Source: Chlorokybus atmophyticus
Taxonomy: Eukaryota > Plantae > Mesostigma and Chlorokybus algae
Direction: 5' to 3'
Assembly (NCBI GenBank): GCA_009103225.1
Contig: RHPI01002262.1
Coordinates: 1,126,406 to 1,190,405, forward strand
DNA: 64,000 bases
The position numbers and the translations under genes are program-made. Position 1 is the first letter of the stretch. The number at the start of each line of letters is the position of its first letter. The notes beneath the pieces were generated by a model that did no database searches, was not told where the DNA came from, and saw nothing but the letters and a program-made list of their open reading frames with translations. This document shows positions 13,018 to 25,836 of the stretch, piece by piece.

Positions 13018-14263
13018 CAGTGACAAGAAGACGGCGAGTATAGCACAAGGCGCATTTGTTTGAACAGCTTTCTGAACTAGATTGGGGTGGATTGGCGTTG
13101 GGACACTTGGTGTGTATATTGTTTTGGCAAGGGGTGGTGTTGTTGTTGCGGTGGTCAGGTAGCCTAAAACTTTGTGAGCATGTGGCTCTTCTTCAGTATC
13201 AGGTGCTGAGGGAGGCACACCGCCACAGATGCGATTGTGGCACTTCATTGCAGCAGCAAGGGGCTATGCAGGCTGCGGTCCAAACAAGCCAGCAGACTTA
13301 AAGCCGCCTTGTCCCCTAGGCACGTTTGTTCAGAGCAGTTAGCTCACAGATTGGGGTGGTACAGGAGTACGCTACTATGCTATATACAGTATGTTAAGTT
13401 TTCAAATCTGATGCATGTTTGAGAGTTGGTTGTCGCTTACTGCGCATGTATTACATGGCTTTTGCACACATTCATAATTGTTGCACACGCACGCGCTTAT
13501 GGGAAAGGCTGCATACATGTTTGGGGTGGTTTGTAGGCGCCTGCATGATCCCAATCCAGAGCTCAGGGCCATTATTGGTGAACAGCTAGCAATGCTGGGC
13601 AGGGGAACAATCTTGGTTGCTTGAAGCTTCCCATTAACACTCGTGCTGGGCAATGGCTTTCAGGGCATGCACTGTTTCTCCGTGACACCTTGCAACATGC
13701 GTGCATAAGTGACACAGATTACAAAACAGTATCAGTATACAAGCATGCCATGTTGGGGCTCACGACTGACACAACCCATGCAACTCGCAGGCAAAATCAC
13801 CCATTCCGTATATAGCTACAGGTCCGTGCTGGGCCGTGACTGTGCAAGCAGCTGTTTCAGGACTATCACAGGCGTGCAGCACTACTGCACCCCTTGTACA
13901 TTTGTACGTAGTACGCATCTCGTGTTGTTGAATACAACTCTCAGCACATCAAAACCCGAACTTGTAAACGCGTTGGGAAGCGAGTATGTTAATGAATACT
14001 GCGCATTGGCAAACGCGTGCGTGCATGATGACAGTAGGATGGTCAACTGTCCTGACAACAACACCTTTGTACACTAGAACGCACATACAGAGAATCAGTG
14101 AAACGCATCCTCAGACTCATCCTCATACACAAACACAGCAGCTGGCAGTTGTGGTAAGGGCGTAGTGCATGTGCTTCTTTCGCCCGTTGTGCGCCTGCAT
14201 GTAGCGGCGAAGCACGTCAACAGCGGGGAGGAGGAGGACGTGGTGATGGCGGCGGTGAAGCTT

Positions 14264-14650
14264 CTAGAAGATGTGGACGATGTCATACATGAGTGTCCAA
14301 AAGAGGACGAAGGAGAGGAGGCCGGCGGTGGGGTCGGCCTTCAGGTGGGCGGCGACGGAGGGTGGGTGGAAGAAGGCGGCGGCGGCGGCGGCGGCAGCAG
14401 CAGTCGGGGCCTGGTTTCTTGCCCTCAGCGATAGCGCCGCCCACAACACCAGCATGGTGGCCGGGTACATTAGCGCCCCGCTCAGCCCCGTGGCGCCCAG
14501 CACTCCCGCCGCTGCTCCGCCCACAACCGACGCCAGCGTCCTTGCCCAAGCCACGGCGCTTTTGTTGCTCGCTAGCCTGTCGGCGTAGATCCGGTTCGCC
14601 CCTGCCCCGGCGCCGGCAGCATCGTCCCCGCCGCCCGCACCGCCATCCAT
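14264..14650 (-). CDS. EMC6: ER membrane protein complex subunit 6 (Rab5-interacting protein family), single exon
   Basis: About 128 aa: N(K)SAVAWARTLASVVGGAAAGVLGATGLSG...GLLSFVLFWTLMYDIVHIF. The N-x6-R and terminal FVLFWTL.Y..VH.F motifs are typical of EMC6. ATG at 14650, TAG at 14264-14266. Confidence 0.88.
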   Translation of the reverse strand: MDGGAGGGDDAAGAGAGANRIYADRLASNKSAVAWARTLASVVGGAAAGVLGATGLSGALMYPATMLVLWAALSLRARNQAPTAAAAAAAAAFFHPPSVAAHLKADPTAGLLSFVLFWTLMYDIVHIF

Positions 14651-14906
14651 GCCGCCGCCGCCGCCTAACGTTCTTAACACCTTAACGTTGTTACGCTGAT
14701 TCTCAAACTCTCGGCTGTACATACGCCGTACAAAGCGTACAACATGCCGTACTTTACAGCGTACTGGGGTGTAAAGCGCAGCGCTGACGTGGCCTACGCA
14801 GCGAACTGCTTACCGGCGGCAGCGGCGGCGGCAGTGTTGGTGAAGCAGCAAGAGCACGACCAGGTCTGGGGGGACATCCAGGACAACGTCCTTGCCGTCT
14901 TTCGCA
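14651..14906. promoter_or_regulatory. Compact bidirectional promoter region with a GTAC cluster and an ACGTGGC (ABRE/G-box-like) element
   Basis: 256 bp between divergent ATGs. GTAC at 14717, 14728, 14737, 14749 and 14761 (four as CGTAC); tgACGTGGC at 14785-14793. Confidence 0.55.
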
Positions 14907-16142
14907 ATGTCGCTGTTGTTGGGGACGGCGAGCAGCAGCGCCTCAGCTTTGCTACACAGCGGCGGCGGCGGCGGCGGCGGCAGGGGCGTGCGCGTGGCTG
15001 GCCGCGTCCGTCCTGCGAGGGCCGTTGTCGTCGCCGTGCCCGCCCGCCGCCAAAGCAGCAGAGCGAGCTTCGCCCTGTGCGCCCTGAAGGAGGGGGAGCT
15101 CAAGAAGGGCGAGCAGGCGACTGCTGGGGCGGAGAAGCAGGAGGTGGATGACGTGGAGGCCGTCACACGCAAGTGGGGACTTGAAGCAGGCCTGTGGAAA
15201 GCCCTCCGCAGTGGCGAAGGCGGCGACAAGAGTATGACCAGCGCCAAGGACCTGCTCGCCAGGTACACAAGCACTCGCACGCACATGCGTATAGAAGCAA
15301 AGAGAAGAGAAGAGAAGAGACACACGCACAAGCCCAACATGTCGCTTACTTGTTGCGTTACAACCCTGACTTGAAGCGCATGCATGCATGTGCAGTCTGA
15401 ACGCTGGGCAGTTCCAACTAGTTGCTCGTCATGCACAAGTGCAGCTTTTGAGCACGTGTTACTACCGAGCAGCCTTTACACACACATACATGTGCACATC
15501 CATATATGCAAACCCGCACGTGCTCTTTGCCGCACTTGTGTTCGCACACAAAGAACACCGGGACAGAATATGCGTGTGTGCACTCGCGTGTGTACAACCA
15601 CCACAGTTCTGTACATGCATGCGCGCGAGTAGTGCCTGCATTTGTATGCGCACCCACACACCTGTACACGCATGCACACTGTCACTTCCGCATACACACA
15701 CCTGCACGTGTACATATACACATACACGCGCAGGCACACACTTGCCCATATGCAATCACATCCTTTAGGTTCTCATTGACGGCCGAAACAGCATTCCTAC
15801 ATCATCATCCCCATATGCACGTGTTCATGCAGGTACGGCAGCGCGTATCTCGCGACTTCCATAACTCTCTCCGCCGTCTCCTTCGGCCTTTGCTACACGC
15901 TGGTGCGTGCCGGCGTCGATGTTGGCTCCCTGCTCGAGCGCGTTCCCGGCGTGGGTGCAATAAACCAACAAGGCGAGCAGCTCGGCGCCATCGCCATAGC
16001 CTATGCCGCACACAAGGCCGCCTCACCCATACGCTTCCCGCCTACAGTGGCACTCACGCCACTTGTTGCACGCTGGTTTGCCAACTTCAGAGGCAACAAC
16101 GACAACAGCAACGAGGACAACAACAACAACAACAATCAGTAG
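14907..16142 (+). CDS. DUF1279 (FAM210-like) membrane protein with probable plastid transit peptide, 2 exons (14907-15262, 15833-16142)
   Basis: Ser/Ala/Arg-rich N-terminus. The spliced product reads AKDLLAR/YGSAYLATSITLSAVSFGLCYTLVRAGVDV...AIAYAAHKAASPIRFPPTVALTPLVARW, matching the plant DUF1279 signature AYAAHKAASPIRFPPTVALTP. Confidence 0.88.
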
Positions 16143-16540
16143 TTCCTTTGCTTCTTGCTTGTGCTCTTTCGGTTTTTTCTTTTCTACTGGTGTTCAAGTC
16201 CAATTGGATGGGGTTGTGCAGTGTACATTATGTAAGTTTTCTAGCTAGTGTGGTGATTGTTGACAGCATTCGGTGGTTGCAAGCTGACCATATCTTTGTA
16301 GCGCAAATGCGCACATTATAAAACCATTCCTTTGTCACCAGAGTAGCAAACCACACACATACCGCCCATGATTATGATGTTGCAAATAGAGAACAACTAA
16401 CAATACCCAAAGTCTTATGTCACATATTTGCTGCACAATAGTATACACATTGTCAGGATTACACTCCTCTTGACGATGTCAATCGATGCAATACAGTAAC
16501 AATGCATGCATGCCGCCAGCTGACCACAATGACTGAATGA

Positions 16541-18617
16541 TCAATCAAGTCGAGTTGCAGCTTGATAATTGTCAAGCTGCTCAATAAGCTCCTCTTTGCG
16601 TCTTTCACTCAAGAAAGAGGCCTCAAAGCTGTTCCTCGCCATCGTGCAAATCTCTTCTCGTGTTAGACGCACGTGCTCATGCATGTACATAAAGTTGGCG
16701 TTGACATAACCACCAAAGTACGCAGGGTCGTCCGAGTTCATCGTCGCCACAAGACCACTATCCAACATGTCCCGCAACGGATGCTCCCGCGGGTCCTTCA
16801 CCGCCTGTAGTGGGGGTTGTAAGATACAGCATGGTGATGATGTGGTCATATGGTGTGTGGTCATGCTTACTCGGAGGGCAATGGATGAGAGGGGGCAGAC
16901 GGTTATAGGAATGCGGTCGCGGGCGAGGCGCGCGACAAGGTGCGGGTCGTCTAGGGCACGATACCCGTGATCGATGCGCGCCACGTCCAACATGTCCAGC
17001 GAATCGCGCACGTTGTCTGCAAAGTGCACAGTACTATGCATACAACACTGACATAATCAGTTGTGCGTGCATGTGCGCACATGCGTGTGCATGTATCCAG
17101 TGCTCGATTGTACACTGCATGTGTGTACGAATGCGATCATGTGTCTACGTAAATTTGATTGTCTGCATGCGTGTGTGTGCGTGCGTGCATGTGTTCTCCT
17201 TACCTCATATATGTATGTGCAGTGCTCATGACGCAAGAGCACTCGTGCTGCAACAACCGTACCTGAAGGGCCTTCTTCGCCTGCGTGGGCGACTCGAAAA
17301 TAGCCCTCGGCTTTAGCCCTCGCAAACACCTGCTCACATACAAACCTGAGAGAGGGAGAACTTGTAACTAATTATGTACTATGCATACACCGACAGACAC
17401 AAAGCCAATGCGCACGCGCGGTCACGCGCCTGCACACGGACGCATGTCTGAACTTGAACAAGTTCAGCTGTCTACCAATGTACACTTGTGCACACAATAA
17501 CACACGTGCATACACGCACTCATACACGCACACTTACTTGTTGGAAGTTGCTGGGCGGGTGGCCTATCTCCGCCGAGTCCAGTCCGACAGCTGTGATGTG
17601 CTCCTTGTACGGGCGGGCGAGGTCGAGGACACTCAGCGCTTCGGCGGCGGGTCGGTCCCTCAGAAAGCTCATTATCAGACCCGAAGTTATGCCCAGTCTG
17701 GACTCTGCCTCCGTTTGCGCACGCGTCAAACCCGCCATCACAACATCAAACTCCACACCCCTGCACAACATATCAGTCTGTTTTGCGCATGCGCGCATGT
17801 ATGCGCACGTGTGCCTGCGCGTGTGTGTTCGCGCATGTGCCTATGTGTGCTTGAATATATGTGTACGTGCGCGCACTTACATGTACCTGCGCGCATGCGT
17901 GCGCGCGTATGATTGGTTTGTGTTTATGCATGTGCATGTATGTGTTCGCGTGCTCGCATGCGCCCATGTACGTGTATGTGTGTGCGTGCTTGAGCGTGTA
18001 CTTATTATGACATGGCACGCCTGCCTACCAATTGCACCTCATCCTTGCCTGGAGATGTGGGCCTGCGGGTCAAACATGACTTCAGCGTGGACAACACCAT
18101 CCGCGTGTGCTCTGGACAGATAATTGAACGCGAGGGTGTAGTAGTCCTCCACCGTCCGCAGGCTCTCAATCCCCGCATAATACAGCTCCAGGAAGTCAGC
18201 CAAACTGCCAAATCTCTCATAAGCCACCTAAACACTGAGGAGATCAGACGACTGAACGCATATGCATACAGTGCACAATTGCATATGCACACGTGCGTGC
18301 GCGGGTAAGTGTGGGTGTGTGGGTAAGTGCGGGTGGGCATGCGCGCGCGTTTGCGTGTGCACGTGTGCGTGCGTGTTACACATTCAGATATGCAGATGAT
18401 GGTTGTGCATGCAGTGGTTCATTCATGCTATCTATGCCTTGAGTTCTTCCGGGGAGTTGTAGGGGAGGTGGACGCCATTGCGGGCGGCGGCGCGAATCAT
18501 GTCTTCCGCCTCCAGCGTGCCCTCCACGTGAATGTGGAGCTCCGCCTTCGGTAGCCCCGCCAGCCACGCCTCCAGCCCCTCCGACTCCGCCGCCGCCGCC
18601 GCTGCGGCCGCCGCCAT
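16541..18617 (-). CDS. Adenine deaminase (adenosine/adenine deaminase family, yeast AAH1 / bacterial Add type), 6 exons: 18617-18438, 18227-18049, 17760-17538, 17329-17263, 17016-16871, 16804-16541
   Basis: Metal and catalytic motifs LPKAELHIHVEGTL, MFDPQAH, AVGLDSAEIGHPP, VAHAGEEGP, RIDHG, TVCPLS, NSDDPAYFGGYV. Continuous frame requires GC donors at introns 1 and 2. Confidence 0.92.
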
Positions 18618-19948
18618 GGCGCCGGCGGTGACGGAGCCTTACACTACTGCCACGTGGAGACGCTTGGACAAGAGTACTGTGTCAGTAGCAGAGCTCAACT
18701 TGGTTTTGCAATTCACCCCTTGCTTGCAGCGCTGTGGGGCTCATGTGACATAAGTCATGTCCCGCCTGACTGACACTCACCGCATGCTTATAACCATTCG
18801 GACACCATACGGTCAATGTAACAGAATCAGCGTGCGGTGCAACTTGCACCGTGCAAGCCATTTTGTACAAAATACAAATTTGTCTGACAGGCATGGACAC
18901 AAAGTTGATGTCCATGCCTGTCAGACAATGTCTTATGAACAACACTTGCATTGTGTTCAGCCCATCATGCAGCATGATTCATGCCACGTCCCTATGGAAG
19001 TGGCAGTTGCGGTGGCTCATGCCACCGCTACTCGTTAAAGTCACATCCGTTTCACTGTAAACCGGAGCATTTGTTACGTACGTAAAATGATGCCTATATA
19101 AAAATTGTACATTTGCTTCATTTGCAGGTAGTGTATATGATTGCAATTGTTACCACAATGTAGGTGTAGTATAAGGGCTCATGACCAAAAACATGCACGA
19201 ATCATGAACCGTACATGTATGTGCATGTAACATATTCATGCATAAACAACTGTAAACAACCGTACTCATTACACTTAATGCACAAATACTGCAACAACAA
19301 CTTGACAAGCGCAATAATTCATGACTTGTTTTCATACCATAACAATGTTGTGCATTGATTTTGCATGTAACCTGCTAGCTTGAAAAGCTCATAAACTATT
19401 GCCGGCGAGTATAATTATGGAAAGCTGGGCTGCCATTGTATCAGGATGGGTTGTTCACATGAACATCCCACCTTTGACCACGATGCAGAAGTTGACGAAT
19501 GATCAAGCCTCTTATGGGAAACATGTTATTAAAGATGTTTTTATGGAGGACGACACCAGGTTTCAAGTTTTCGAACCCATATGTATGTGAAATGACGCCC
19601 GCCGCTATTTGAAATGCCAACATCTTTGACTTGAACGGTGGAAGAATTCACAATAGAGACATATGTGAATCCTCACACAAGTTACACTTGCAACCCAAAT
19701 GCATCTTGATGTTGTGAGCACGCACGCAATATATATGTGTGTGCGCGAGCGCATGCGCGTGCCTGCACGCGTGCTGCTGGCACGCACTCTTATGTACGTG
19801 CGCACATGCATCTTGATGTTGTGGGCAGGCACAGGCAAAATACGTGTGTATGCACATGCGCGCGTGCATGTGCATGTGTACGCATGCACGTCAGATTGTA
19901 TCTACAGCCGCCGCGCCCCCTCTGGTGGCGAGGAAGAGCTTGTGTAAA

Positions 19949-21555
19949 CTAGAAGCGCACCTGGCCTTCATTTTCCGGACGTAGCCGCAGCAGGAGCATC
20001 GCTTGGCGAGCTTCTGCAAGCATGTGATCATCGCCAATGATTGGCATCGTTGCTGGCAGAACCGTCCACACTGAGACCAACCTGCGATGGTTATCGGTGT
20101 CAACATATGACACATGACGCAATCCCTCCAGCTGCTGCACAAGGGAGACGCTGCTACCACCGGAGTGGGAGTTGGCACTCTCCCATTCCGGTGCAGGGGC
20201 TGCGTCGCTGACGTGTGGAAGTGCTGAGGAAGCGAGACTAGGAGTAGAGTTGGGCACTCGCAGGGCAGGCAGGTAAAGAAAGAATTTTTCTTTCGGGGGT
20301 GGGAGGGCAAGGTGTCGAGCACGTGCCGGCAGCTAGCCCATATACTCGGCAACTCTTGACAGACAGCATGTTCTGAGCACACTTGATCACTGAAGAGAAC
20401 TATATGTGTGCGTGCACGCTCATGCACGTACATATGTGCATGTCTGCACACGCGTCTCCATGTGTGTGCACATGCGTATTTGCATGCTGCATGGGCAAGG
20501 GACAACATTGAATAGTAGCCTACAAACAGCAAACATTGTGTCAACAACCTGGGGCAATTGCACTCTTCAACTTGCTCGTTTTCATGCAAGCCGCACGTTG
20601 AGTAAAATATGAGCATGCGCTTGACATCATTAAAGCCGCCAGCTGTGCCATGCAAGGACAAACACGCCTGCTGCCATACCTGATGCCAAGCTCGTTGATA
20701 GTGCGGATATCATGATTCACCTGCACCTCGTTGGAGAAGACAGGTGATCGACTATGCACGTCGCGCCATAAAGCATCAACTCAGCGGAAAAAAGGCCAAT
20801 TTTGCACGGACATGAAGCCTGTGAATAGGTTGCGTGTGTGTTGTTGCGGCGTATGTAAAAACAGCTAAGTGGCTTGCAGTGGCATGCGGGCCTTACCTTT
20901 GGGGTGAGCTGCTGCCGTATGTCGCACAGCTTCGCCAGCCATCCCTCCAGTGGCAAGCCTTCAGCAGACCTCACAGCGCGAGTCAAAGACTGGAACCTGC
21001 GGCCACGTGTCAAAGCAGTCAGCTGTTTTCGTGTACGTATGTGTACGCGTGCATGCAATGTAAGCGTCGCTGCGCATGCTTGCATGCGTGTATGCATGTA
21101 CGTGCACATACCTGATGAGTGCAACGCGCATACGCATGCACATGTGCCTATTCATGTGCACGCATATGCCTATTCATGCATGCACATGCGCACATGCGTG
21201 CACGTGCACGGATCGTTCAGTTGCATATGTCTGTGTATGCGTGTATGCGTGCCCGTAATTGCGTGCGTGCGTAGACAAGAACAGACAGCAGTTGCTGCAA
21301 GGTACAAGCACCGCACCACATTGTCTTTTCTTACCGACTGCCACCAACGCTTCGCACAGGTGTTAGTAGGAATCTATTGGGCTGGGGAGCAACACGGTGC
21401 CGGCGGCGGTCCATGGTGAGCAGGGTGGCGCTGTCGCTGCTGTGCTTGGCGATGGCCACCGCCCTCTCAACCTGGGCGGTGCGGCCCACCAGCGACCACC
21501 ACCCCACCCTCGCAGTACACTCCACCGAGGACACGTCCTCGTCACCTTCCGCCAT
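19949..21555 (-). CDS. Possible multi-exon gene of unknown function
   Basis: GC-rich first-exon context ending in ATG (MAEGDEDVSSVECTAR) and exon-like blocks bounded by AG/GT (21021-20896 LTALTRGRRFQSL...QQLTPK; VNHDIRTINELGI) separated by RY-rich intron-like sequence. No recognisable domain and the frame joins are ambiguous. Confidence 0.3.
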
Positions 21556-22612
21556 GGTCACCGCCACGGCGGCGTGCCGCACCAACAGCAACAGCAACAC
21601 CCTTCACAGCCCTGCCGCTGCTGTCGACACCTACACGTGAGCCCAGAACAACAGCAGTGCCTGAACTCATGACAAATCGTGTTAGGGGCCTACACGACTG
21701 GTGTTGGCAAAAATGGAGTACACACAAAAACACTGTTAACCAAGAGTCCTATATTGATGTGGTCACAAACAGTGCTGTAGCAGGTTCCCGGGATATAGCA
21801 GTCGCTGCTGGGCTAGTGGACAAAAAGCGCGCGCTTGCTAGAGGAGACGGTGGCGGCGGCGGCGGCAATGGTGATGGTGTCCGCGCGGCGGATTGGAGAC
21901 AGCAGCCAGAGGGCCGTGCCCCTTGCACTTGCCTGCCCTAGTGCACTTAGCTGCTAGCGGGACAGAGTTTTGACAGCACTTGGCCGCTTTGGTGAGCTAC
22001 GCAACGGCTATACTGCCCAGTGGCTAGCTGCTTGAGCTGCTCTTTTACTGGACAGGTAGTTTCATATTTCGCTGTGCATGCTTGCACATTCATTATACAA
22101 CCTTGAACATCGGTAAGTAGTGTCGGTTCGTCAGCAGCAAGCCCAAGCAAGCAGTCCCCCAGCTGTCAAGCTGCCTGTCTTAGCTTTGTTGCAACAGCTG
22201 GGTGTGCCACAGTCGTAATGCTTGAAAGGCATTGCTTCAACGTGCTTGTCTGGTAATTGAAGCATGACACTACAAGCTCAGCTCACATACACAGTCGTAG
22301 ACCCAAGCAGCTTCGATCTGTCGTTGCGCTCCTGTCGGCAGCTTGCCACCCAGCTGACAATGCACGAAGAAGTACTTGCAAACTTGCTTAAGCATGCTTT
22401 TAGCTTGTGACAGCTGTCAAACGCAGGACAGTATGTAGTACTGCTGCAGAAGGCTTGCGAACGGCTGTCCACAGGTTGGTAACGGCTTTGCATTTGCGCA
22501 ACTGCAAGCAGGACTGGGAGAATTGTTAAGTCTATCGCTTCATCCAAGTTGAAGGTTGCAAGCTGTTAGGGTGTGTTATGCTTGTGCTGGTAAGTAGCTG
22601 AGTATACAACAG

Positions 22613-25600
22613 ATGGCTGCAGAAGAAGCTGCGGCAACAGTTGTTGCCATGCAAGCTACGCCAGCTGCGGGGCCAGTGAACGGATTGCCAGCATCATCCT
22701 CAGAAGTTCCCAAGCGGCTGCAGCCTGAGCTGCTGGCAGCACAGCCTAGTAGCGCCAAGCACTGGCCGCAAGCAGGCACGCCCTCACAAGCCATCCAACG
22801 CCCGCCTAGCGCAGTATGTGGTTGCTTTCGTTGGCCCTGCATGTTAACAAGTGCATGGATACAGGTGCATGAATGCTTTATCCTGCTTGCGGATTGTGAA
22901 GCAACACACTAATGCAAGCATGTGATGTGCATGTGTACCTGTGTGTGTGCGCGTATGTGTCTCACAGCTTTCGGATGCCGAGCTGCAAAAGCTCATTGAC
23001 CAGCTGGTTGCCAAGGAAGGGGAGGTAAGTTAGTGTCTGTGCCATAGAGCTCGCTCTCTCTGTGGGTGTGCGCACCCACCCTCAACCAAGATCGGTAGGA
23101 ATGCTGGGAGCTGAGCTGTTTCTGCGCAGGTGGACGAGTTGCAGGAAGATCAGGAGGAGGAGCGCTTTCACAGAGTCCACCTGAACATCAGAAACGAGCT
23201 AGCTGCGACGTTGGCAGGCAGCGAGGTACCTACAGGCTGCGCTTATAATGCTTCCGATTTGGGGCGTGAGCTTGCATGCAAGTTTTGCTCAACCCAACGC
23301 CTGCTTCATCATTGGGTCGCATTCGCACGTGCAGCTCGAAGCTGCGGTTGCAGACGAGGTCAAGCTGTTACTAAAGGAGTACCGGAGAGCTGAACGAGTG
23401 TTGAAGGAGGAGGTCGTGGACCTCCAGGTGCTTGCTGCATTAGCGTTTAACCCTGAAGCTGCGTGCGGAAATGACGATACTTGTGTGAGCAAGTTCTTTT
23501 GCTCGGCAGGAGCGCCTGGAAGCCAATGGCGTAGACATAAGAGCATTTTACTTTGAGCTCGAGAAGTCTGCCAAAGATGTGTGTAAGACTGATGTGTGGC
23601 GCGAAGCACCCCGTCCATATCCTGAGCTGGATCAACTGGATCATCCTGGAGACGAGCCATACGATTTCCGTGTGGACGCAACACCGCAGGCTTTGGCTGT
23701 CATCAAGGATGCCACGCAGAAGCTCAACCGCCAACGGCCTGTGTCTACGTAAGTGCTGTTGATGGAGAGCCAAACTGCATGTGTGCTCGCTCCTGTTGAT
23801 GCCGCGTTTCTGATTGTCGCGCTTACGAGCTGCGTTTGTAGTACAAATGGCAAGAAGGGCTTTCTCGGTGCAGCCGGCTTCTCCAGGCAGCAATATTTGC
23901 TGATGTACAAAGCTGAGACCAATGAAGATGCGGACCCGACAGAGGCGGATGCCGTCGTTGAGGAGCTTGAAAGGCTGCTGGATTGCGGCAAAGCGGAAGC
24001 CATTCGTGCCGTGGTCAGCACTGCGCCCTCTGTCAAGCGGACGTTCCTGATGCGGTACCTCTTTGACTCTCCTCAGGAGGCTGAAGAAGCCGAACAGGCA
24101 GCCTGCCAGGTAGATGCCGGTAGATAAGCGTCTCAGCCATCAAGCAGTGAAGTCATGATGGGTGTCATGGCCTGCAGATGGATGTGCGATTGTTACGCCA
24201 TTTCGGTGCATAGTTAATCAACGGCCTCATGTGCTTGTGCTACAGACCAAGGGAGATCGTCTTCTGGGCTTCGACTGTCTCGTTATGAATGTGCAGATTG
24301 AACTGGTCAAAGACAAGAGGGAGGAAAGGCAGCCAAGCGTCAAAAGGCCGCACCAGGTTGGGTCCTTCAGCTGCATGTTCTTAATGCCCCGCCACGGCTT
24401 ACCTGTGTCATACTGCTTGGCCTTACTTCTTGTCACTCACTGCAAACTTGTGTGAAGCATAACGCAATGCAAGGACTCTCCTTGCAGACCAGCACGGAAG
24501 CCGAGAACGTGAGGCTGCGTGCCAAGCGCTTGCAGACAGCCAACGCACCCAATTGCACAACCGCAGCAGCTGCTGCACCAGATGAAGAGGAATATCATAC
24601 TTGCGAGGAGGTCGGACAACTTTGTCCTGTGTTGAGTTTAAAAACATCCTCATTATTTATGCCGACGTTGCTATGGCGCTGCTGATGGGCACAGCTACAC
24701 CTGTCTTGTTTGTTGGTGGATCTCATCAAAAGATACAGCTCATGCAGGCGTCAGCCTCCAGCGAACTTTCAACATTTTCCAAGCACGAGCTTGCAACTGG
24801 CGATGGAGTCCCATTTACAAGTGCAGCGGCAGCATGCTCACCACAAACGAGGAAAGACCACAGTTCAGGCCCCGCTGCATCTGGACTTCCTTCTGACAAG
24901 AAAGTCAGGCGCAGAAGCAGTGGCACAATCGTCCCGCCTGCTGCTGAAGTGATTGATGTGGACTCATACGACGTGCAACCATCGGGACCGACGGCTGTCA
25001 TCATCGACTTGGTTGAAGATGAAGAGGACGTTTTGTACACAACAGCAGGCGATTTTGGCAGAGCCGGTGAAGTATCATGCACAGGTCAGATTCCCTCCTT
25101 GACTGCGCATGCATGGTTGCATATCCACATGCGCAATGCACGCACAAACGCATGAACGCACGCACGATTCTTCTTTTAGGTCGTTGCCTCCCACTGCTCT
25201 CATACATTGATGCTTGCAGGGTGTGCTGCATGCATACCGCGGAGTGCTGTCAGACAGCATCCACTCCTGGAAGTTACAGTTTGCAAAGGCTGCCTGCAGC
25301 GTTACGTAGCTTGCAAGTTCGATGAGGTAAGAAACTGCGCTGTTTGTCAGTTGCCTACCTGTTTCTGTGTGTCACTGGCATACGCAGCAATTCGATGACA
25401 CCGCATGATGGTGCATGGAGTTCGTGCATGAAGCTTGCACTCGCTTCTTTTGCAGCATACCTTCAAGGCTCCCTGTCGTTGGTGCGGCGAACATCGCCTA
25501 GCAGCAAAGCAGTGCTCGACGTGCAGAAAATGTTTCTGTCATCCATGCATTAAGCGGAACCATCCCAATGGGTTGCAGATATTGAATTCACAGACAGGTA

Positions 25601-25836
25601 TGGTCATGCCTTAGTTGACAATATGCCCAGCCTTCGGGTCTACTTGCACCAGTTGTTTGCAGTCATATCTTAGCTTACTACACAAAGCGCCTGTATGGAA
25701 ATCTCACCTCTCCTTTAACGGCATGCATGGCTTTGCAGGTCCATTTGTCTGGCATTGCTTTGCATGTGACTCATCATGCACTGCATCATTGCGCCAGCAA
25801 TGGTTGGACCTGTACATGCCCCGAAGTAAGGATTAG
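22613..25836 (+). CDS. ATRX-like N-terminal region plus ADD domain (GATA-like finger and PHD), no SNF2 ATPase domain; multi-exon; alternative 3' exon could end at 26005
   Basis: Exons give LSDAELQKLIDQLVAKEGE/VDELQEDQEEE...IRNELAATLAGSE/LEAAVADEVKLLLKEY.../ERLEANGVDIRAFYFELEK...CKTDVWRE...LNRQRPVS, resembling the plant ATRX/CHR20 N-terminus. These are followed by CT/GC...HPLLEVTVCKGC and CRWCGE...CSTCRKCFCHPCIKRN...WHCFAC (ADD domain). Confidence 0.82.

Noticed and set aside
14165-15436. Long overlapping antisense ORFs over EMC6 and DUF1279 exon 1
   Set aside because: GC-rich coding sequence with GCC/GGC repeats gives stop-poor shadow frames.
16541-18617. Functional link between the deaminase and the nearby histidine kinase as a cytokinin module
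   Set aside because: The kinase sensor looks Cache-like rather than CHASE, two unrelated genes intervene, and adjacency in eukaryotes is weak evidence.
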